The translations under genes were made by a program, and so were the position numbers. The notes under the pieces are model-generated. The model ran no database searches, was not told where the DNA came from, and saw only the letters and a program-made list of their open reading frames with translations. Of a stretch of 64,000 nt of DNA, positions 57,153 to 64,000 are shown one piece after another (position 1 is the first letter of the stretch; each line of letters begins with the position of its first letter). The stretch comes from Terriglobia bacterium (GTDB lineage: Bacteria > Acidobacteriota > Polarisedimenticolia > Polarisedimenticolales > JAIQFR01), in NCBI GenBank assembly GCA_963748015.1, contig CAVVHE010000006.1:192001-256000 (forward strand), written 5' to 3'.

Positions 57153-58399
57153 GCCGCCCTCTTCCTCGAGACGAACCGGACGAGATGGAGCATGAACTGG
57201 ATGATCATGCCGAGCCCGACGATGATGCAGCCGGCGTACGGCGTGAGCCAGGACGGGTTGCGAACGACCTGGAGCGTGCTCGTGCCCCGATTGAATGCCA
57301 GATCGTCGCGCCCCATCTGGAACTGGTAGAACGTCAGCCCGCCGTAGCGGAGCGGGCTGTTCATGTAGATCTCCACCTCGCGGTTCTCGCCCGACGCCGC
57401 GTTGTCGATGCGCACCCGGCTACGGAAGTCCTTGGGGATGTCGGTGCCCGGGTAGACCCTGTGGGTCGTCTTGAGCAGGGTGAGCGAGTACGGCTTGTAG
57501 ACCCTGGCCGGGCGCAGCGCGAGCGACCAGGTCTTGCCGCCGGCGTCGACCGTCTGCGGCTCGGTCAGGCGCGAAGCGATCTGCCGCGCCATCGCCGGGC
57601 CCATGTCCTGCGCGTAGCTCATCCGGACGGCCGCGGCCATCCGCTCGTCGCCCGACCAGCCCGACGCGGCCCACGTCCCCAGCGTCCCTCCCTCGCCCGA
57701 CAGCTCGACGACGGCGGTGGGGACGTTGCGCGAGTCCATGCTGCGCGTCTCCTGCACGTGCCGGAAGTCGAAGAACTTCGCGACGCCGTTCGGCGCCAGG
57801 GGCGGCCCGTTCTGCACCATCGGCGCGCGGAACGCGGGCTCGGAATTCGGCCAGTAGCTCTTCACTCGCACGGTGAACGGGAGGTCGCGATGCCCGAGTT
57901 CCCCTCCCCGCGCGAGGAGCCGCGCCGGGATCGCCACGACCTGCTGCGTGCTCTCGTCCGCGTCGGCGACGAACGCCAGCTCGTAACTCATCGAGCTCTC
58001 GGAGTAGTTGCGCGTCTCCCCCTCGGCGAAGTGCATCTCGGTCTCGCGCGAGAACATGTCCGTCGCGAGCTGCCCGGCGAGCAGCAGGATGACGCCCGCG
58101 TGGGTCAGGTGGATGCCGAGCTTCCGCCACTTCCACTGGAACCGCAGGGCGTGCGCGGCGACGAGGTTGGCGAACAGCAGGGTGCCGAGGAGGTAGCCGC
58201 CGGGAAGGGGGACCGGGACCTTCCAGCCGAAGAAGCTGATCCCCCAGACGACCCATTGCTTGAAGTATCGCTGCTGCGCCTGGTAGAGACCCTCGTCCGC
58301 CTGCGCGATCGTTCCCACGAACACCAACAGGATGCCGAGGGCCAGCAACACGACGGTGAGGCGCAGCGACGCGAAGAATTTCCAGATGCGCTCGCCCAT
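57149..58399 (-). CDS. ResB/CcsB-like cytochrome c biogenesis protein
   Basis: FASLRLTV..GTIAQ, THAG haem-ligand His, IYMNSPLRYGGLTFYQ; overlaps the ccsA start. Confidence 0.85.
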   Translation of the reverse strand: MGERIWKFFASLRLTVVLLALGILLVFVGTIAQADEGLYQAQQRYFKQWVVWGISFFGWKVPVPLPGGYLLGTLLFANLVAAHALRFQWKWRKLGIHLTHAGVILLLAGQLATDMFSRETEMHFAEGETRNYSESSMSYELAFVADADESTQQVVAIPARLLARGGELGHRDLPFTVRVKSYWPNSEPAFRAPMVQNGPPLAPNGVAKFFDFRHVQETRSMDSRNVPTAVVELSGEGGTLGTWAASGWSGDERMAAAVRMSYAQDMGPAMARQIASRLTEPQTVDAGGKTWSLALRPARVYKPYSLTLLKTTHRVYPGTDIPKDFRSRVRIDNAASGENREVEIYMNSPLRYGGLTFYQFQMGRDDLAFNRGTSTLQVVRNPSWLTPYAGCIIVGLGMIIQFMLHLVRFVSRKRAA

Positions 58400-58402
58400 G
58401 AG

Positions 58403-59011
58403 CTACGGCTCCGACTTCGCGAAGGCCGCGAACGCGTCGATCTCGGGAGCGACGGCCGCCGCGTCGCCCAGGAGCTTGTAGAAGTACCACTGGCCGCCGC
58501 GCGGCACGATCGCCGCGACGAGCTGCCGGCCGCGGTTGCTAATGTTGACGAGGATCGCGCCGGGTGTTCTCGGATCGAGCGGCGTGGCCTGGCGCGAAAG
58601 CTCGTCTTCGGAGATGGGGGAGAGGCCGATCTGCCCTCGCCAGCGGTTGACGTTGCTCAGCGCGCCACCGGTCTCGCTCGTGAACACGCTGACGCTGACC
58701 TCGGCGTGCGCGTCGCCGCGGTCCGGCACGGAGAACCTCGCCATCTGCATCTGGCCAGCGGCGAGCGGCTTCCAGCCGCCCGGCACCTTCCACCGTACGG
58801 ACGGCTGCGCCTCCGGCTCCAGGCCGGCGACGCGCGCTTCCGCCGGAGCGGCGGTCACGATTTCCTTGGGGACGCGATAGGAGGCGATGGGCGGATCGCC
58901 GCAGCCGGTCAGGCAGAGCGCCGCGGCCACGAAACCGCCGACGGCCCAGCCGATTCCGATGAACCGCCGGCGTCCACGCACACTACAAACGAGGCTCTTG
59001 GGGATTCCCAT
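58403..59011 (-). CDS. Hypothetical lipoprotein leading the ccs operon
   Basis: Lipobox-like LTGC, WKVPGGW, NVNRWRGQIGL; 3 nt from the resB-like start. Confidence 0.75.
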   Translation of the reverse strand: MGIPKSLVCSVRGRRRFIGIGWAVGGFVAAALCLTGCGDPPIASYRVPKEIVTAAPAEARVAGLEPEAQPSVRWKVPGGWKPLAAGQMQMARFSVPDRGDAHAEVSVSVFTSETGGALSNVNRWRGQIGLSPISEDELSRQATPLDPRTPGAILVNISNRGRQLVAAIVPRGGQWYFYKLLGDAAAVAPEIDAFAAFAKSEP

Positions 59012-59156
59012 CGAGCCTACACGCTATGCCCTGTCGGGGCGGCAGGCAAACGGGAACCCGACCGGGGTCAAGAAAACCGCCGCAAGCTCGCGCTGCGGCG
59101 CGGCGCCGGGAGTTCGCCCCGTGCCGTTGAACCCGCCCGAGGCCGGCCGTCCCGGC

Positions 59157-60650
59157 CTACCTCTTTGCCGCTACGACGCGCGCGACCGGCAGCGCCTTCC
59201 TCGCCTCGGCGTGCTTGCGGAAACGCGGGTACTGGAACACGCCGTAGAGCGAGACAGGTTCGAGGAGCAGCGCCGCGCGCACGGCGGACTCGCCTTGCAG
59301 GGGAACCCAGAGCGAGCCGGCCAGCAGCTCGAGCGGCCCGGCCTTCTCGCGGCGGACGATCTGCCTCCCCTCGTAACGGGAGTAGAGGTCGTCGAACTCG
59401 TCCTCGATCCGGAGCAAGGTGCACCGCTCGGCCGTGACGGGCCAAGGAGACGCGATCTCCTCGAAAGGGATCCCGTGCCGGTCGAGGAGCACCCTGAAGT
59501 CCGCCGCGGCGCGCGGCTCGACGGCGTACCCGGCCGGCGTGGGCACCGACGACTTGACGGCGAGCGTCGTCATCAGGTTCGCGGTGGGGATCAGGAGCTT
59601 CTTCCCTGTCGCGGCGTCCATCACCGGGAACTCGCCGATCGTCATGCCGGGGTTGACCCAGAGGTAGTTGGTCGGGATGAAGGGGGGCAGCGGGCGCCCG
59701 CGAAGCAGCTCGACCAGGGCGGCGTCGTTCGCGTGCCCCGCGCCCTCCCTCACGAAGCGCCAGAGCAGCGCGAGGTACGCGTCCACGCGGCTGGGAAGGT
59801 CGGGAGGAGGCGCGCCGGTATCCTTGAGCGCCGCGGCCTCGATGATGAACGAGAGGCCGCCGTACATGCCGATCGCGTTGAGGCCGCCGTCGATGTCGGG
59901 AGCGGAGTGGCGCTGCTCCTCGTCCGGCGGCATCCCGCCGACGGTGTAGCGGTAGAACGGGTGCCCTTTGGCCGCCAGGAAGTCCGCCGACTCGTCCACC
60001 CAGCCCCGGGCGGCGGCGATCAGGGCGAAATCGAACAGCGGGTTGTTCAGGCCGTCCATCGTGATGTCCGGCCACGTCCTCCAGCCCCTCGCGCGGCGCG
60101 CGTCGGAGTCCCGCCCGAACTCGTGGCAGTCCACCGCCACGTGCGGGCGCACCCGGCGGGCGACGCGGTGGAGCGCTTGCGTCTCCGGCTGCTCCAGCGC
60201 GATGTGGTCCCGGTTGAGATCGGCTCCCGCCGCGTTCCGCCGCTTCCCCGCCTCGGCCCCGTCCGGGTTCATCATCGGGAAGATAGAGAGCTCCACACCC
60301 TGCGGCAGCAGCTCGGGACGGCGGGCGATGTCCCTCACCATGAAGAGGAGCGCGTCCTTCCCCGACGGCTCGTCGCCGTGCTGCTGGGCGTAGAACAGGA
60401 TGCGGAAGCGCGCCGTCCCCCCGTGGGTCGCGCGAACGAGGTAGACCGACCGGCCTTCCGAGGTCTTCGCCTCCTCCGTGACGGAGACCGGCCCCTTGCC
60501 GTTCACCTCGGCGAGGAGCGCCGCCATCTCGGCGTACGAGACCGTTCGCGCGAGCGCGCGGTGGTCCTCGGGGAGCGGCGCGGCGGCTGCGCGCGCGGCG
60601 GTGGCGAGGACGAGCAGGGCAAGGGCGTGGCGGAGATGCCGGGTTGCCAT
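59157..60650 (-). CDS. Secreted M14 family zinc carboxypeptidase
   Basis: QQHGDE, NPDG, RRNAAGADLNRD, VDCHE. Confidence 0.9.
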   Translation of the reverse strand: MATRHLRHALALLVLATAARAAAAPLPEDHRALARTVSYAEMAALLAEVNGKGPVSVTEEAKTSEGRSVYLVRATHGGTARFRILFYAQQHGDEPSGKDALLFMVRDIARRPELLPQGVELSIFPMMNPDGAEAGKRRNAAGADLNRDHIALEQPETQALHRVARRVRPHVAVDCHEFGRDSDARRARGWRTWPDITMDGLNNPLFDFALIAAARGWVDESADFLAAKGHPFYRYTVGGMPPDEEQRHSAPDIDGGLNAIGMYGGLSFIIEAAALKDTGAPPPDLPSRVDAYLALLWRFVREGAGHANDAALVELLRGRPLPPFIPTNYLWVNPGMTIGEFPVMDAATGKKLLIPTANLMTTLAVKSSVPTPAGYAVEPRAAADFRVLLDRHGIPFEEIASPWPVTAERCTLLRIEDEFDDLYSRYEGRQIVRREKAGPLELLAGSLWVPLQGESAVRAALLLEPVSLYGVFQYPRFRKHAEARKALPVARVVAAKR

Positions 60651-60664
60651 CGCAGGCTCCTAGC

Positions 60665-61597
60665 TCAGGGGTGCGCGGGTGCGGTGTCCCGGCTCGCGCC
60701 CAAGCCGTAGACCCGCGCGGCGTTGTCGTGGAACACGGCGCGCCAGTGCTCCCTGGGGATCGCGCGCTTGAACGCCTCGAGGTACGGGCCGATCCGGGTG
60801 AGGGGCCAGTCGGTGCCGAACATGAGCTTCTTCGGATCGGCGACGTAGCCGAAGATCCAGCGCACCGGCTTGACCACGTACTCCTCGATCGCCTCGGGAG
60901 GGAAGCGGTCGAGGTCGCCGATCAGGAACGCCGAGCCGTCGAGGACGACGTTTCGGTTCTTGTAGGCCACCTCCGCGGCCGACTCGATCCACGGGTTGCC
61001 GGCGTGAGCCAGCACGAAGGTGACGTCGGGATGCTCCACCGCCACCTCGTCCACCGTGAGCGGGTCGGCGTACTTGAGCTTGGCGCGGGGGGAGTCCGTG
61101 TCGCCGGTGTGGAACACCACGGGCACGCGGTACTTCGCGGCGAGGCGGTACGCCGGCTCGTAGGCCGGGTCGGACGCGTACCGGTGCACGTACCCGAGGT
61201 AGATCTTGATGCACCGGTACCGGCCGGACGCGAGGCCTTTCTCGACCGGCTCCATGTCGAGCGGCCCGTCGAGGCCCGCGCAGTGGACGACGTGGAGCTC
61301 CGACAGGTCCTCGTAAGGCTTCCCGTCGTGGTCCATCGCGACGGCGCCGACGACGCGGTTCTTCGTCATCTCCGCGGCCAGCCCCGAGCGGCTCTCGTCC
61401 ACCTTGCTGTCCGGGTCCACCTGGCCGCTGAACGACGCGTGGAGGTGGGCGTCGATGACCTGAAGCGGCGCTTCGCCGTCCGGTGCGTTCGCGGCGTCCG
61501 CCGCCGCGGCCTTCTTCTCGTGCACGTTCACCGACAAGGCGCAGCCGCCCGCTACGAGCGCGACCACGACCGCGAGCACGGCCCTACGGCTCCTCAT
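60665..61597 (-). CDS. Amidohydrolase_2 family lipoprotein
   Basis: Lipobox AGGC, IDAHLH, FHTG, LAHAG, FGTDWP. Confidence 0.9.
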   Translation of the reverse strand: MRSRRAVLAVVVALVAGGCALSVNVHEKKAAAADAANAPDGEAPLQVIDAHLHASFSGQVDPDSKVDESRSGLAAEMTKNRVVGAVAMDHDGKPYEDLSELHVVHCAGLDGPLDMEPVEKGLASGRYRCIKIYLGYVHRYASDPAYEPAYRLAAKYRVPVVFHTGDTDSPRAKLKYADPLTVDEVAVEHPDVTFVLAHAGNPWIESAAEVAYKNRNVVLDGSAFLIGDLDRFPPEAIEEYVVKPVRWIFGYVADPKKLMFGTDWPLTRIGPYLEAFKRAIPREHWRAVFHDNAARVYGLGASRDTAPAHP

Positions 61598-61636
61598 CGT
61601 CGTCTTCTCCTCGGCCCGGCGGTCGCGGGCGGCCGA

Positions 61637-63055
61637 TCAGAACGGTCCCCAGCGCAGCAGCACCGGCGGGATGAGCAGGAGCAGGCTCAGCGCGACCAAG
61701 ACCAGCATCAGCGGCAGGAACCATCGCGCCCACTTGTCCCACGGGATCTTCGCCATGCCGAGCACGCCCATCGTCACCGCCGACGTGGGGAGGATCGGGT
61801 TCACGAACTCGCACAGCTGGAAGGCGTACACCGTCGTCTGCCTCGTCAGGCCGACGAGGTCGGAGAGCGGCGCCATGATCGGCATGGTCAGCGCGGCCTG
61901 CGCGGTCCCGGAGTGGATGAAGAAGTTGATCCCGGACTGCACCACGAACATCATCTGGGCCGCCACGACCTGCGGCAAGGCCGAGATCGCGAGCGAGCTG
62001 TAGTACAGCACGGTGTCCAGGATCTGCCCCTCCCTCGCCAGGATGAGCAGCGCGCGCCCGCAGGCGATGATGAGCGTGACGTTGACCATGTCCTTGGCGC
62101 CGGACAGGAAGTTCGTCGCGATCGCGCTGGGGCGAAGGCCCGCGACGGCCCCCATCACGAGCCCCATGCCGAGGAACAGCGCGCCGATCTCCTCGATGAA
62201 CCACTGCTTCTCGAGTATCCCCCAGACGAGAGCGACCATCCCGGCGAAGAACAGGGCCAGCACCGCCGCGTGCCGCCGCGTCCAGGGGGGGATCTCCCCG
62301 GCGAGCGTGCCCTCGTGGGCCCCGCGCTCGCGGTCGAGCTCGTAGACGGGGCTCGACTCGGGGCGGCGCTTCACGCGCGCGGCGTAGATCATGACCCAGA
62401 CGATCATCACCGACGTGCCGACGACCCAGGTCAGCACGCGGTACCCGAGCCCGGAGTAGAGGGGGAGTCCGACGAGCCCCTGCGCCACGCCGACCGTGAA
62501 GGGATTGAAGAAGGCCGCCGCGAATCCCGCTGCGGCGCCGAGGAAGGGGATCGAAACCCCCACGATCGAGTCGTAGCCGAGCGAGATCGCGAGGGGAACG
62601 AAGATGAGGACGAACGGGATCGTCTCCTCGGCCATGCCGAAGATCGAGCCGGCGAGGGAGAAGACGATCATCAGCACCGGGATGGTGAGCTTCTCGAGGA
62701 ACGGCCTCGTGGTCAGGGCGCCGGTGATCCTGCGGATCGCGAACTCGACCGAGCCGGTCGCCTGGACGACGCTGAAGGCCCCGCCGATCGCCAGCAGGAA
62801 TCCGATGATGAGCGCCCCGTCCTTGAAGCCCTTGAGCGGCGAGGTCAGCAGCCAGTGCGGGCCGAGATAGGACTTCTCGACGCGCTGGTAGGTGCCGGGC
62901 ACCGTGACCTGGCGGCCGTCCTTCTCGACGCGCTGGTAGGCGCCCGACGGGACAATCCACGAGAGGACCAGCACGATCAGGACGAGGGAGGCCACGATCA
63001 CCAGCGTGTGGGGCATGCGGAAGGGCTGCCGGGTCGCCCTGCTTGCTTCGGCCAT
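61637..63055 (-). CDS. YfcC/DcuC-like (ion transporter superfamily) membrane carrier
   Basis: MPHTLVI, WIVPSGAY.R, GMAEET, NPFTVGVAQ, TMPIMAPLSDL. Confidence 0.9.
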   Translation of the reverse strand: MAEASRATRQPFRMPHTLVIVASLVLIVLVLSWIVPSGAYQRVEKDGRQVTVPGTYQRVEKSYLGPHWLLTSPLKGFKDGALIIGFLLAIGGAFSVVQATGSVEFAIRRITGALTTRPFLEKLTIPVLMIVFSLAGSIFGMAEETIPFVLIFVPLAISLGYDSIVGVSIPFLGAAAGFAAAFFNPFTVGVAQGLVGLPLYSGLGYRVLTWVVGTSVMIVWVMIYAARVKRRPESSPVYELDRERGAHEGTLAGEIPPWTRRHAAVLALFFAGMVALVWGILEKQWFIEEIGALFLGMGLVMGAVAGLRPSAIATNFLSGAKDMVNVTLIIACGRALLILAREGQILDTVLYYSSLAISALPQVVAAQMMFVVQSGINFFIHSGTAQAALTMPIMAPLSDLVGLTRQTTVYAFQLCEFVNPILPTSAVTMGVLGMAKIPWDKWARWFLPLMLVLVALSLLLLIPPVLLRWGPF

Positions 63056-63079
63056 GCGTGGCACCTCCGTCCGCCGCGC

Positions 63080-64000
63080 TCAGGAGAGGAGCGCCATCGC
63101 GATCGCGGCCCCCTTCTCGAGGTCCTCGAGGAGGATGAGCTCGTCGTTGCCGTGCGGGTTCTGCGCCCCGATCCCGAGGTTGATCGCGGGGAGCCCCCGC
63201 GCGTTGAGAGAGTTGGCGTCGGAGCCTCCGGCCGAGATCCGGGGGACGGGCTCGAGCCCGGCCTTCCCGAGCGCCGCCGCCACCCGCCGGTAGAGCTCCT
63301 TCGACTCGTCCACCTCGTAGGGCTCGAAGTCCCACTGCGCGTCGAAGGTCAGCGCCGCCCCGGCGCGCTCCGCCTCCGCGAGAAAGATCTCGTGGAAGCG
63401 GGCAACCAACGCCTCGACGCGCGCGGGGTGCAGCGAGCGCACCTCGGCGTCGAGCGTCGTCTCCTCGGGGACGACGTTGACGGCGGAGCCGCCGCGGATG
63501 ATGCCGACGTTGGCGGTGGTCTCCGCGTCCACCCGGCCGAGCGGGAGCGCGGCGATCGCCCTCGCTGCCACCGCGATCGAGCTGACGCCCTTCTCGGGGG
63601 CGATGCCGGAATGGGAGGCGCGCCCGCGAACGGCGACCTTGATGGCCTGGCAGCCGTAAGAGCGGCAGATGAACCGCCCGGGCCGCTCCGAGGAATCGAA
63701 CAGCACGGCCATGAGGATCGCGGGGTCGAACCGGATGTGCCGCGAGCCGCCGAGCGTGGTTTCCTCGGCCACCGTGAACCCGAGCGTGAAATCCCGGCGG
63801 CCGCCTCCTGTGCTCAGCGCCTTCTCGGCGGCGTAGAGGAGCATCGCGATCCCGGCGCGGTCGTCCACGCCGAGCACGGTCGTCCCGTCGCTCGTGATGC
63901 GGTCGGCGTGCACGACCGCCACCGATCCGCCCGACGGACGCGCGGTGTCCATGTGGGCCATCATCGCGAGGTCGCCGCCGCTGCCCGCGCGGGCGATCAG
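63080..64000 (-). CDS. M20 family peptidase (peptidase T-like), 5' end outside window
   Basis: AHMDT, LGVDDRAG, AEE, GRASHSGIAPEKG, GGSDAN, NPH. Confidence 0.9.
   Translation of the reverse strand: MIARAGSGGDLAMMAHMDTARPSGGSVAVVHADRITSDGTTVLGVDDRAGIAMLLYAAEKALSTGGGRRDFTLGFTVAEETTLGGSRHIRFDPAILMAVLFDSSERPGRFICRSYGCQAIKVAVRGRASHSGIAPEKGVSSIAVAARAIAALPLGRVDAETTANVGIIRGGSAVNVVPEETTLDAEVRSLHPARVEALVARFHEIFLAEAERAGAALTFDAQWDFEPYEVDESKELYRRVAAALGKAGLEPVPRISAGGSDANSLNARGLPAINLGIGAQNPHGNDELILLEDLEKGAAIAMALLS

Overview
Gene-dense, very GC-rich bacterial chromosomal segment. By inference it is Acidobacteriota-like, based on the expanded kinase/PD40-propeller genes, the BlaI/M56 module and large secreted TSP3-repeat proteins. 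It holds about 45 real genes; most long ORFs in the supplied track are antisense or off-frame GC shadows. Signalling genes: three Hanks-type Ser/Thr kinase-beta-propeller receptors, two PP2C phosphatases, and a BlaI-M56-accessory operon with a clear operator. Other genes: a PLP class-V enzyme, a TonB receptor, a Uup-like ABC-F, an RRM protein with a structured leader, several c-type cytochromes with a system II maturation operon, a czcCBA-centred metal block with a truncated terC, sbtAB, MscS and a peptidase/transporter cluster. The best candidate for an uncharacterised system is 29165-39571: a translationally coupled ECF sigma / zinc anti-sigma-TPR / apparently exported TPR-CHAT (caspase-like) protease operon, divergent from a pair of paralogous ~1000-aa secreted metallopeptidases with an unusual split zinc motif and a shared C-terminal domain. 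Notable small-scale structure: a 166-bp palindromic MITE-like element, a 29-bp inverted fragment of it that forms the RBS and start codon of the neighbouring gene, and two nested 24-bp REP-like units inserted in frame in a kinase domain. Four single-base frameshifts, three at G/C runs, look like sequencing or assembly errors. No tRNA, rRNA, CRISPR array or transposase was recognised.
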